Assembly: GCA_044450345.1 (NCBI GenBank)
Contig: JBIOIY010000015.1
Span: 1-45,832, forward strand
Direction of reading: 5' to 3'
DNA length: 45,832 nucleotides
Source of the DNA: Thermodesulfovibrionales bacterium
Lineage (GTDB): Bacteria > Nitrospirota > Thermodesulfovibrionia > Thermodesulfovibrionales > UBA6898
Of this stretch, positions 17,609-26,951 are shown piece after piece; the first letter of the stretch is position 1; each line of letters opens with the position of its first letter. The notes beneath the pieces were generated by a model. That model searched no databases and was not told the DNA's origin. It saw nothing but the letters and a program-made list of their open reading frames with translations. The position numbers and the translations under genes are program-made.

Positions 17609-18172
17609 ATGAATCTTAAGAAGATAGAAAAAGGCGTGAGACTTATTATCGAGGGTATAGGTGAAGACCCTGAAAGGCCCGGAATAAAGGGTACGCCTCA
17701 GCGCGTTGCCAGAATGTACCAGGAGATATTTTCCGGGCTGGAGACCCCCACAGAGGAAATCCTGCAGCATATAGAGGGGGAAAGCCACGATGAACTGGTA
17801 CTCCTGAAAGACATCCCCTTTTATTCGGTCTGTGAACATCATCTGCTGCCCTTTATCGGGAAGGCGCATGTGGCATATGTCCCCGGTGCAGGCAAAATAG
17901 CAGGGATCGGAGAACTTGCGAAGGCTGTGGAGATTTTTGCAAAAAGGCCCCAGGTGCAGGAGCGGCTGACCGCACAGCTCGCCGACATGATCATGATGAA
18001 GCTAAAGCCGAAAGGAGCGATGGTCATTATCGATGCAGAGCATCTCTGTCTCTCGATGAGAGGGATGAAGAAGCCGGGGGCGAGGACTGTAACCTCGGCG
18101 GTGCGGGGCATCTTTAGGTCCAAGGAATCGACGCGGCAGGAATTGCTCGAACTTATAAAGAGAAAGGACTGA
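17609..18172 (+). CDS. folE: GTP cyclohydrolase I
   Basis: [31 protein letters not shown] and HLCLSMRG. The GLSK motif is altered (see findings). Confidence 0.93.
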   Translation: MNLKKIEKGVRLIIEGIGEDPERPGIKGTPQRVARMYQEIFSGLETPTEEILQHIEGESHDELVLLKDIPFYSVCEHHLLPFIGKAHVAYVPGAGKIAGIGELAKAVEIFAKRPQVQERLTAQLADMIMMKLKPKGAMVIIDAEHLCLSMRGMKKPGARTVTSAVRGIFRSKESTRQELLELIKRKD

Positions 18173-18306
18173 GAAGTGTTAGTGATTGGTGTCGGTGTCA
18201 GGAAAATACAATACCGATAGTGAATACCATCATTAAACATTTTTTTTAAAGACTGATACTAAAACATACACTCAATCACCGACATTAAATAAAGGAGGAG
18301 AAAAGG

Positions 18307-19215
18307 ATGGCAGCAAAAATCATAAGCGGTACGGAGATCGCCGCGCAGATAAGGGAAGAACTCAAGAAGGAAGTTGCCGAGATGAAGGAAAAGCATGGGG
18401 CCGTCCCGGGGCTGGTGACTATTCTCGTCGGTAAAAATCCGGCGTCGGTCAGCTATGTTACCGGCAAGCATAAGGCTGCGGACGAGATCGGTTTCTTTTC
18501 GATACAGGACGATCAGCCTGAGGATGTATCCGAGGCCGACCTGCTCAAACTCATTGACAAGTACAATAAGGACCCGAAGGTGCACGGCATCCTGGTCCAG
18601 CTTCCCCTTCCGAAGCATATCGATGAAAAGAAGGTCCTGAATGCCATCGACCCGGACAAGGACGTCGACGGGTTCCACCCGGTCAATGTCGGCCGTCTGC
18701 TGATCGGCGGGGCCGAGGCTAAGTTTCTTCCCTGCACGCCTGCGGGCATCCAGGAACTGATCGTCCGTTCCGGATTCGAGACATCCGGCGCGGAAGTTGT
18801 GGTCGTCGGCCGCTCGAACATCGTCGGCAAACCGATTGCCAACATAATGCTCCAGAAGGGCAAGGGCGCCAACTCTACGGTCACTGTAGTGCATACGGGG
18901 ACCAAGAACATGGAGGCGCACTGTAAACGCGCCGATATCCTTATTGTTGCGGCGGGTGTGCCGGGCCTCGTGAAGCCTGAGTGGATCAAGCCGGGAGCTT
19001 GCGTTATAGACGTCGGTGTAAACCGCGTCGGCGAGAAGAAAAGCGAGAAGACAGGCAAGATGGTGCCGATCCTTAAGGGGGACGTTGACTTCGACGCGGC
19101 AAAGGAGATTGCGGGGGCTATCACGCCTGTGCCGGGCGGGGTAGGGCCGATGACGATCACTATGCTTATGAAGAACACCGTCAAGTCGGCGAAATTGCAC
19201 GCAGGGATCAAGTAG
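18307..19215 (+). CDS. folD: Methylenetetrahydrofolate dehydrogenase/cyclohydrolase
   Basis: YVTGK, GILVQLPLP, KDVDGFHP, PCTPAG, GRSNIVGKP and TPVPGGVGPMT. Confidence 0.97.
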   Translation: MAAKIISGTEIAAQIREELKKEVAEMKEKHGAVPGLVTILVGKNPASVSYVTGKHKAADEIGFFSIQDDQPEDVSEADLLKLIDKYNKDPKVHGILVQLPLPKHIDEKKVLNAIDPDKDVDGFHPVNVGRLLIGGAEAKFLPCTPAGIQELIVRSGFETSGAEVVVVGRSNIVGKPIANIMLQKGKGANSTVTVVHTGTKNMEAHCKRADILIVAAGVPGLVKPEWIKPGACVIDVGVNRVGEKKSEKTGKMVPILKGDVDFDAAKEIAGAITPVPGGVGPMTITMLMKNTVKSAKLHAGIK

Positions 19216-19238
19216 TTTAAAAACTAATTAAGATTTCT

Positions 19239-19266
19239 AAGGGCGGAAGAAATTCCGCCCTTTTTT
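19239..19266 (+). terminator. Intrinsic terminator after folD
   Basis: AAGGGCGGAA-GAAA-TTCCGCCCTT followed by a T run. Confidence 0.85.
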
Positions 19267-19467
19267 GCTCAGGAAAAAAGTTGCTTCAGATAAAAATAAC
19301 CTTGACTTTATTTCTTGCATCATCAAAGATGTTTTTTCTTATTTGTCGGTAATTTGCGCTGCCCAATAAATAGGCATATCAGAGAACTACCTGTTTTTGC
19401 ACGGCAATTCATTTTTTTTATCCGGGTTCTGAACAGACATTGTTAGTTTCCTGATTCTCTTCGCTGC

Positions 19468-19567
19468 TGAGGGCAGGTATCCCGATTTGTCCCCTATATC
19501 GGAGGCCCGAGGCATAAAGGTCTTTTTGGACATTTTGAACATGAGGAGAAGCAACGAGGCGGTAAAT
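19468..19567 (-). repeat. Diverged duplicate of the 3' end of the DUF2301-like gene (22736-22829)
   Basis: By hand alignment about 80 of 94 positions are identical, plus two 3-nt insertions. Shared blocks include GATTTGTCCCCTATATCG, GAGGCATAAAGG and GAGGAGAAGCAACGAGGCG. Confidence 0.9.
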
Positions 19568-19586
19568 CTCTTGTCCGGGAGCGCCT

Positions 19587-21233
19587 TTATTTCCCCCCGT
19601 TCATGGGGAGGGTTATTACGAATCTGGAGCCCTTGTTGAGTTCGCTTTCTGCCGTGAGGTTTCCGTTTAGTTTCCTGATGATGCTATAGCTGACCGCCAG
19701 ACCGAGACCCGTTCCGTCCTCTTTTGTGGTATAAAAGGGTTCGAAGATCCTGTCCAGATTCTCTTTGTCAATTCCTATCCCCGTGTCCTCAAAAACGATC
19801 ATGATACAGTTGTTCTCCGCCATGCTCCGAATAGTGAGGGTGCCCCCGTGCGGCATTGCGTCCGCTGCATTCAACACGATATTCACGATGACCTGGGAGA
19901 GCCGGTTTACGTCTGTGGTCAGCGCCGGGACATCAGGCATGAGTTCTTTCATGATGGTGATGCCCTGTATCCTCTTGTCGTACTGGATGAGGGAAAGGGA
20001 ATTTTCAATAATGCTGTTCACCCTGCAGAGCTTGAGTTCTACGGGCAGCATCCTCGAAAAACCCGAAAGCTGCTTCATGATGTCCGAAATTCTGTTCATA
20101 TGGAAAAAGATGGTCTCGATGGTCTCCTTCTTGAATTCATCCTCCTCCATATCCATCAATACCCTGATAAATGAAAAAACCGATGTGAGGGGGTTCCCTA
20201 TTTCAGAGGTTATGCCCGAAGTCAGTCGTTCGAGGGCCGCGAGTTTTTCTGAATGCATCATCTCGAGCTCCTTTTCATGTTTTGCACGTTCTTCGGCTTT
20301 TTCCCTTTTCCTGTATAACACGATCAGCAGTGCAGAGATGCCGCTGGTTACAGTAAAGATCAAGATTATGATCCATGAATACAACTTCATGGACCTCTTT
20401 ATCGAGACGGTGACCTCGGAGTATGGGGCCGACACAGCGACGATCCATCTGGAACCTCCCACAGCTGCGGTGGAAAAGGCCAGGATTTTATCTTCCCCCG
20501 TAGGCGCGACGTATCTCCCGTAATAGTCGCCTTTTCCTTCGATGATCCTTTTCTCCGCGTCGAAGGTCTTATGACACTTGAAGCAGGAAGAGTCGGTCTT
20601 GTATAAATTCCTGCCGACCATATCAGGCTGGGTCGGATGGTAAAGGAGGTTCCCTTTTTCATCCATCATCCATGCATGCCCTCTGGCGCCTGATTTGATG
20701 GGGCTGAGGAATGTTCTTGCGACGTCCTGTATATCGAGCGAAAGCACCATGGCGCCGTGAAGAGAGCCGGAACGACAGATGGGAGCGGCGATAAACAACC
20801 TCTCTGTATCCTGGTTTATGAGCGCATCTCCAGGGCACCCCTTTTTTGTCATTTCGACCAAACTTTTGCCGTCCCGGCTTTTGGCGGCAAGCTCACCCCT
20901 GGTGAAGAGTATCTTCCCCGAACCATCCAGTAACTCGATCCGCTTCTGCGCGTTGCCCATGTCCTTAAAAACCACGTCGGTCAGCGGCGCAAAGTCCGCT
21001 TCCCGACGGACCTGAGACCTCGACACGAAATAAGCGATATGGAGCATTTTATTTTTTAGCCCGTCAAGATAGGCCTGAATGTTTGACGCCTCCGCATTTG
21101 CAAGGAGTTGCTGCTGCTTATTGAACTGTTCGGCTGTCTCCATCTGGAGCGTCCGCTGAAAAGATACGCTCAATGCGATGAGAGATGCAATGATAACCGC
21201 AAGGACTCCCATGATGACAAAATACGCCTTCAT
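19587..21233 (-). CDS. Cache-domain sensor histidine-kinase-like protein with a heme-c motif and no phospho-accepting His
   Basis: Two TM helices flank a Cache region (AWMMDEKGNLLYHP...W.VAV) containing CFKCH. H-box reads SGITSEIGNPL. N, G1, F and G2 boxes are intact (NAADAM, DTGIGI, FEPFYTTK, GTGLGL). Confidence 0.9.
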   Translation of the reverse strand: MKAYFVIMGVLAVIIASLIALSVSFQRTLQMETAEQFNKQQQLLANAEASNIQAYLDGLKNKMLHIAYFVSRSQVRREADFAPLTDVVFKDMGNAQKRIELLDGSGKILFTRGELAAKSRDGKSLVEMTKKGCPGDALINQDTERLFIAAPICRSGSLHGAMVLSLDIQDVARTFLSPIKSGARGHAWMMDEKGNLLYHPTQPDMVGRNLYKTDSSCFKCHKTFDAEKRIIEGKGDYYGRYVAPTGEDKILAFSTAAVGGSRWIVAVSAPYSEVTVSIKRSMKLYSWIIILIFTVTSGISALLIVLYRKREKAEERAKHEKELEMMHSEKLAALERLTSGITSEIGNPLTSVFSFIRVLMDMEEDEFKKETIETIFFHMNRISDIMKQLSGFSRMLPVELKLCRVNSIIENSLSLIQYDKRIQGITIMKELMPDVPALTTDVNRLSQVIVNIVLNAADAMPHGGTLTIRSMAENNCIMIVFEDTGIGIDKENLDRIFEPFYTTKEDGTGLGLAVSYSIIRKLNGNLTAESELNKGSRFVITLPMNGGK

Positions 21234-21248
21234 CTCATCTCCTCATCT

Positions 21249-22610
21249 TTATTGGTCAATCCCAAATGTCTTAAGCCTTTTCCAGAGTGTAACCCTGCTG
21301 ATCCCGAGGTGCTTTGCGGCCAGGGTCTTATTGCCTTTATACAGGGAAAGTGCCGAACGTATCTCCTCCTGGCCGATACGGCCCTCGTTTCCCTCTGTCT
21401 TTTTCTCATGTACGAGATATTCCGGGAGATCAGAGATTTCTATGGTATCATTTCTGCAGGTGGCGACGCTGTGCTCCAGGGCATTGATGAGCCGCCGCAC
21501 ATTACCCGGCCAGGGGAAGTCTGTGAGGATCTCCATCGCCGCCGGGCTTATGTTCCGGATCTCTTTCCCGTTGACAACGGAAATCTTCATTAGGTAATGA
21601 AGTGCAATGAGAGGGATGTCTTCCCTTCGTTCTCTCAGCGGCGGAACGTTGATCACGATGGAATTTATCCTGTAGAGGAGGTCCTCCCTGAATTTTCCCG
21701 TCTGCAGAAGGTTGCTGAGGTCCTTGTTTGTGGCTGATATAAGCCTTATGTTCACCGGGACCGGTTTATGGTCACCGACGCGCTCCACGACCTTATCTTC
21801 AAGGACGCGGAGGAGTTTAACCTGCATCGTCATCGGCATATCTCCGATCTCGTCCAGGAAGATGCCCCCCTCATTCGCTGCTTCAAACCTTCCTATACGG
21901 TCGCTTACCGCACCCGTGAAGGAACCTCTCTTGTGGCCGAAAAGCTCGCTTTCGAGAAGCTGCTCATTCAGTGACGCGCAGTTCAGTTGTATGAATGGCC
22001 CGTCCCTGCGCCTGCTCAGCTTGTGTATTGCGCGGGCAACCAGGTTTTTACCGGAGCCGCTTTCCCCGCATATAAGGACAGGTGCTTCACTCGATGCGGC
22101 GTTCCGTATGTGCTCATATAATCTCTGCATGGGGACGCTCTTCCCCAACAGCCCCATGAACCAGTAGTCCTGTCGCAGTTCCTCCTTCAACTCCTGCAAT
22201 TCCATTTCCTTGTTGTAAAGGGATGTCATGTCCGTCATCGACTCGACCGTGCCGATGATTTCACCACGATCATCCCGTAAAGTAACGGCGTTCTTAAGAA
22301 GAAGCACGTTCCTTCCGTTGCCGGTCCGTATCCTGCATTTCCTGTTGTAAACGGCGCCGGATTTTTCGAGTTGACTGTCTATGCAGCCGCCGGACTTGTC
22401 CAGGACCATACAGGTATCACAATGGAATATGGAACATTCCTTGCCGATCACGTCTTCTTTTCGATAGCCGGTTATCTCTTCAGCGGCGCGGTTGAATAGC
22501 AGGATAATGCCTTTGTTATCAACCACCATGAGGCCATCCCTCATGACCTCAAACATTTCAGGCAGGAACTGCGCGTCTTTTAGAAGTCTATCCAGCATGG
22601 TTATATTCAT
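21249..22610 (-). CDS. PAS-domain sigma-54-dependent transcriptional activator (no receiver domain)
   Basis: PAS (FNRAAEEITGY...VIGK), Walker A GESGSGK, ESELFGHKRGSFTGA, Walker B FLDEIG, WPGNVR and a Fis-type HTH. Start may be 22598. Confidence 0.93.
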   Translation of the reverse strand: MNITMLDRLLKDAQFLPEMFEVMRDGLMVVDNKGIILLFNRAAEEITGYRKEDVIGKECSIFHCDTCMVLDKSGGCIDSQLEKSGAVYNRKCRIRTGNGRNVLLLKNAVTLRDDRGEIIGTVESMTDMTSLYNKEMELQELKEELRQDYWFMGLLGKSVPMQRLYEHIRNAASSEAPVLICGESGSGKNLVARAIHKLSRRRDGPFIQLNCASLNEQLLESELFGHKRGSFTGAVSDRIGRFEAANEGGIFLDEIGDMPMTMQVKLLRVLEDKVVERVGDHKPVPVNIRLISATNKDLSNLLQTGKFREDLLYRINSIVINVPPLRERREDIPLIALHYLMKISVVNGKEIRNISPAAMEILTDFPWPGNVRRLINALEHSVATCRNDTIEISDLPEYLVHEKKTEGNEGRIGQEEIRSALSLYKGNKTLAAKHLGISRVTLWKRLKTFGIDQ

Positions 22611-22735
22611 ACGGTTAATAGGGAATAACCTTTACCTATTATAATGGAAAAAAGCGGCCGGTGAAAAGAATATTATGATACACACATGCTTATTTTACGG
22701 CAAAACACGGATCGGATGAGAACGTGTATTATTTC

Positions 22736-23362
22736 TCACGGCTGGTATGCTGATTTGTCCCCTATATCGAAGGCGAGAGGCATAAAGGCCTTCCTGAACA
22801 TGAAGAGGAGAAGCAACGAGGCGATAAGTGCGAGACCGTATATCGCTGTCCGGTGAGACAGTGCCCCAAGCGAATAAAAGAAGATGAACGCCGGCATCAG
22901 GAAGGCAAGTATGTATCCTTCAATGAGTTGGAAACAGAAGGCTTCTTTGGCGGTAACAAAACCGAGACATAGGGAGATCGGGATCAACAGAAGTGCTCCG
23001 TACGCCGGCCCGCCCGGCAAAAGGACTGCAGGATTGCCCTTGCCCGTGAAAAAGAGAACGGCAAGACATAACACGGCGACGTAATATATCTTTTTAAGGA
23101 CCCGATGGAATTTCCCGACGTAAAGGTGGATGAAGAACACGCTCAGGCCTGTGCTGAAGTATAAAATGAGTAGAAGTATGTCGGCTGCCAGACCGGAAGA
23201 GATTACCGGATAGTTAAGGACATCGGGATTGGTAAGACCCAGCACCGCAAGGACTGCCGATATGCTGACCGTGATGGCCGAAAGTAATATGCCCGCCCTG
23301 TAAAGGACCACCGTGATCTTATCTTCCCTTGTCAGAGGCTGGTAGTAGGATCGTTCGCCCAT
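22736..23362 (-). CDS. DUF2301-like integral membrane protein
   Basis: Multi-TM protein with LYRAG, GLSVFFIHLY, KEAFCF..IE and DIGDKS.Y motifs, recognised from memory of the family. Start chosen at MGERSYYQPL (GTG at 23377 also possible). Confidence 0.75.
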   Translation of the reverse strand: MGERSYYQPLTREDKITVVLYRAGILLSAITVSISAVLAVLGLTNPDVLNYPVISSGLAADILLLILYFSTGLSVFFIHLYVGKFHRVLKKIYYVAVLCLAVLFFTGKGNPAVLLPGGPAYGALLLIPISLCLGFVTAKEAFCFQLIEGYILAFLMPAFIFFYSLGALSHRTAIYGLALIASLLLLFMFRKAFMPLAFDIGDKSAYQP

Positions 23363-23458
23363 AGAAAAGTATACCACAATGGGCCCGCTATCTTGATAAT
23401 ATGGGCTGAAAAGACCTATTATTACTGAAATACATGGAAGACCATCAAGGAGCGGACT

Positions 23459-24259
23459 ATGCCTAAGATAACGATTCAGGACTTTCTAAGGAAGAAGACG
23501 GAAGGCAAAAAGATATCGATGCTTACGGCCTATGACTTTCCCTTCGCCCAGATAGTCGATGAAGCGGGCATCGACGGCATCCTCGTCGGGGACTCGCTCG
23601 GCATGGTCGTGCAGGGGCTTGAGAATACCCTTCCGGTGACCATGGACGAGATGATCTATCACACGAAACTCGTAACCCGCGCCGTGAAAAACGCGATAGT
23701 CATAGGAGACATGCCGTTCATGTCTTACCAGACGGGTGTCGGGGACGCGGTCAGGAACGCCGGGAGATTTCTGAAGGAGGCCGGCGCTTCCGCGATAAAG
23801 CTTGAAGGAGGCGCTGAAGTGGCAGACCGGATCAGGGCCATGGCCCGGGCCGATATTCCTGTCATGGCGCATATCGGCCTGACTCCTCAGTCGATACACA
23901 GGATGGGAGGATACAAGGTCCAGGGCAAGACGGAAGAGGCGGCGGCGAGGCTGATCGGGGAGGCCAGAATGGCCGAGGACGCAGGGGCCTTTGCACTTCT
24001 CCTTGAAGCGATACCGATGGGTCTCGCAAAAAATATCACAGAGGAACTTTCTATCCCCACTATAGGCATAGGCGCCGGACCATACTGCGACGGACAGGTG
24101 CTTGTGCTGCATGACGTGATAGGCATGTTCGAAAGGTTTGTCCCGAAATTCGTGAAGCGCTACGCGAACCTGAAGGAATCGGCGCTCAAGGCCGTAAGAG
24201 ATTATAAGGAAGAGGTCGAAAAAGGGGTATTCCCCGCCGAAGACACAAGCTTCAGGTAG
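23459..24259 (+). CDS. panB: 3-methyl-2-oxobutanoate hydroxymethyltransferase
   Basis: [40 protein letters not shown] and DGQVLV. Confidence 0.97.
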   Translation: MPKITIQDFLRKKTEGKKISMLTAYDFPFAQIVDEAGIDGILVGDSLGMVVQGLENTLPVTMDEMIYHTKLVTRAVKNAIVIGDMPFMSYQTGVGDAVRNAGRFLKEAGASAIKLEGGAEVADRIRAMARADIPVMAHIGLTPQSIHRMGGYKVQGKTEEAAARLIGEARMAEDAGAFALLLEAIPMGLAKNITEELSIPTIGIGAGPYCDGQVLVLHDVIGMFERFVPKFVKRYANLKESALKAVRDYKEEVEKGVFPAEDTSFR

Positions 24260-24316
24260 TTCCCGAGCTACGAAGTTTTTTTGTAATATGAACTCTAAGA
24301 CTATTTTAAGGAGTCG

Positions 24317-24808
24317 ATGATGGATATTTGCCCATGCGGATCAAAGTTGGCTTACGATGAATGCTGCAGGCCTCTGATAGACGGCGAGAGATCTGCGGCA
24401 ACTGCGGAACAGGTCATGCGCGCCCGTTATAGCGCGTACGCCCGGACGGGAATCGGCTATCTGCTCTCATCCCTTCATCCCGACCACCGGGCGGACTTCG
24501 ACGAGAAAAGCACCCGTTCCTGGTCGGCAAGCTCGGAATGGCATAACCTCCAAATCGTGGAGACGGCGGGCGGCGGACCGGAAGACAGCGAAGGACGGGT
24601 CGAATTCATCGCGTCGTATACCGAGAAGGGCATCAGGAAAGATCATCACGAAATGGCCACGTTCGCGAAGAAAGACGGCATATGGTATTTTATGAACGGG
24701 GAAGTGGTGCCTCCGAAACCGGTCGTCCGTTCGGCTCCGAAAACCGGGCGTAATGAGCCGTGCCCATGCGGAAGCGGCAAGAAATTCAAAAAATGCTGCG
24801 CAGGGTGA
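24317..24808 (+). CDS. ychJ: YchJ family protein with SEC-C motifs
   Basis: N-terminal CPCGS...[27 protein letters not shown] and C-terminal [18 protein letters not shown]. Confidence 0.9.
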   Translation: MMDICPCGSKLAYDECCRPLIDGERSAATAEQVMRARYSAYARTGIGYLLSSLHPDHRADFDEKSTRSWSASSEWHNLQIVETAGGGPEDSEGRVEFIASYTEKGIRKDHHEMATFAKKDGIWYFMNGEVVPPKPVVRSAPKTGRNEPCPCGSGKKFKKCCAG

Positions 24809-24856
24809 GCCCCTTAGAGATTCATCCCCACGGGATATGGTAGAGGCAGACACGCC

Positions 24857-26149
24857 TCAGGAATTCTGCGCGGGCTCGGCCCGTACTTTCAGGATGCGGC
24901 GTCCCTTCATACTCACTATCGTGAATGTGCGTGAGTCCGTGTTGAGGCTGTCCCCTACCGACGGCAGCCTCTGAAAATTCGAGAGTAGGTACCCGCCGAG
25001 CGTGTCGTATTCATTCGACTCCGGGATGTCGAAATGGTAGTCTTCATTCAGGTCGCGGATTGCCAGGGAGGCATCGATCAGCGTCGCTCCGTCCTTAAGC
25101 GTCTGTACCGGACTTTCCGTGTCATATTCATCCCGTATCTCGCCTACGATCTCCTCGATCAGGTCTTCGATTGTCACAAGTCCTGCAACCGCACCGTATT
25201 CGTCTACAACAATGCCCATATGCAGCCTCTTCTTCTGCATCTCCCTCATCAGCGCGCTTATCTTCATGCTTTCGGGGACGAAGAGCGCATAATGCAGCAG
25301 GTCCGAGATCTTGAAATCTCTCTTGTGGGCGAGTGTATTGAAAACGTCTTTGCTGTAGAGAATGCCTTTAATGTCGGACTTGTCTTTATCGTAGACAGGA
25401 TATCTCGAAAAGTTTTCTTCGGCGATCCTCCTGATTATCGTTTCCGGAGAATCGTTTATGTTGAACGCCACCATCTCGGTTGAAGGCACGATCACACCTT
25501 TGACGGATATGTCTGTGAAGCGGAAGACGCTGTGGATGAGTTCATGTTCTGTCGGCTCGAATATCCCCCGGTCCTTTCCCTCCTCTATGAGAAGTTTTAT
25601 CTCCTCTTCGCTTATGAAGGAACGCTCCGAGTAGGCCTTTGTCCCGAAAGGGCTGAGGATAAGGTTAGTGCTTTTGGTAAGGACCGTCACGAAGACCGAT
25701 GAGATCTTCGAGATGAATGATAATGGGCGTGCGACAAAAAGTCCGATGCGTTCGGGATTTCTCAGCGCAATCGATTTTGGCACGAGTTCCCCGATGATGA
25801 GTGTGAAGTAGGAGATCACGATAACGGTGATCGCAAGCGATAACGGCTCTGCGGCCGATGCGATGAAGTGGATGGGAACGTTTGCAAGGAGTGGTTTCAG
25901 TACCTTAACCGACGCCGCTCCGCCTATCGCCGAGGTGATAGACCCCATAACCGTAACGCCTATCTGGACGGTGGCGAGAAGCCTGTCGGGTTCGGCCTGG
26001 AGCTTCATAAGCGTGCCGGCCCTATGGCTCCCCTTGTCGAAAAGCTGTTTTACGTATGATTTTCTTGCGGTGACAACGGCGATCTCAGATGCAGCAAAGA
26101 ACCCGTTCATAAGCAGAAAAATCAGGATGAAAAATATCTCGAGTGTCAT
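24857..26149 (-). CDS. Hemolysin/CNNM family protein (DUF21 + CBS pair + CorC_HlyC)
   Basis: NGFFAASEIA, LATVQIGVT, GELVPKSIA, FSRYPVY, VVDEYG..AGLVTIEDLIEEIVGEIRDEYD and YDTLGG. Confidence 0.93.
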   Translation of the reverse strand: MTLEIFFILIFLLMNGFFAASEIAVVTARKSYVKQLFDKGSHRAGTLMKLQAEPDRLLATVQIGVTVMGSITSAIGGAASVKVLKPLLANVPIHFIASAAEPLSLAITVIVISYFTLIIGELVPKSIALRNPERIGLFVARPLSFISKISSVFVTVLTKSTNLILSPFGTKAYSERSFISEEEIKLLIEEGKDRGIFEPTEHELIHSVFRFTDISVKGVIVPSTEMVAFNINDSPETIIRRIAEENFSRYPVYDKDKSDIKGILYSKDVFNTLAHKRDFKISDLLHYALFVPESMKISALMREMQKKRLHMGIVVDEYGAVAGLVTIEDLIEEIVGEIRDEYDTESPVQTLKDGATLIDASLAIRDLNEDYHFDIPESNEYDTLGGYLLSNFQRLPSVGDSLNTDSRTFTIVSMKGRRILKVRAEPAQNS

Positions 26150-26225
26150 TTTCTATTTTTATAATTATACATGATTATTCGCCGGCGCAAAAGCAGGCAT
26201 TTTCAGCGACAGTGCCCCGAAATGT

Positions 26226-26945
26226 CTAAGCGCCCATATCCCCCAGTGCATACTGCGTAATAGCCACTGCAGTAATCGCTGCGGTTTCAGCCCTCAGGAT
26301 CCTTCTGCCGAGGGTCGCCCTGACAAACCCCTTTTCTGACGCGGCCTTAATCTCCTCCGCCGAAAAACCTCCCTCCGGGCCGGTGAAGAGGGATATCTTC
26401 TCACGGCCCCTGAATCTGTCCAACGCGTTACCGAACCCTTCTCCTCCCTGCTCCCAGAAGATGATGCCCTCCAAAGGAGACGCCGTACCGAGGTTTGTAA
26501 ACTCGATGGTCTCCCGGATCAGGGGGATTGAATTCCTTCCTGCCTGTCTCGAAGCCTCCTCGGCTATCTTCATCCATCTGCCTATCTTCCTTGACGCCCT
26601 CACCTGACATCTTCCGGTGACAACAGGAACGATTTCCTTTACGCCAAGTTCCGTGGCCTTCCGGATGACGAGGTCCATCTTTTCTCCTTTGAGAAGCCCC
26701 TGAAGGAGTGTTATGTCCAGCGGTGACTCGGCCTGAAGGTCTATCTTTTCGATCAGCTCCGCTGACACTTCTTTGTTTGCCACGCCGGTGATTGTCGCGG
26801 AATAGACGTTCCCTTTCTCGTCGTGAATAAAAAGCGGATCGCCGGTACGGCACCGAAGCACCGTCACAAGATACCGCGCCTTTTCACCCCTGATAGTAAT
26901 GAAACGGGAATGCAGATCGGAGTCAGTCAGGAACAGTCTAGCCAT
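26226..26945 (-). CDS. rsmE: 16S rRNA m3U1498 methyltransferase
   Basis: VLR, KGEKMDLVIRKATELGV, EASRQAGR, GPEGGFS and LGRRILRAETA. Confidence 0.95.
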   Translation of the reverse strand: MARLFLTDSDLHSRFITIRGEKARYLVTVLRCRTGDPLFIHDEKGNVYSATITGVANKEVSAELIEKIDLQAESPLDITLLQGLLKGEKMDLVIRKATELGVKEIVPVVTGRCQVRASRKIGRWMKIAEEASRQAGRNSIPLIRETIEFTNLGTASPLEGIIFWEQGGEGFGNALDRFRGREKISLFTGPEGGFSAEEIKAASEKGFVRATLGRRILRAETAAITAVAITQYALGDMGA

Positions 26946-26951
26946 GCAAAA

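Noticed and set aside
21916..21933. GSFTGA instead of GAFTGA in the activator
   Set aside because: This is a common functional variant of the sigma-54 contact loop.
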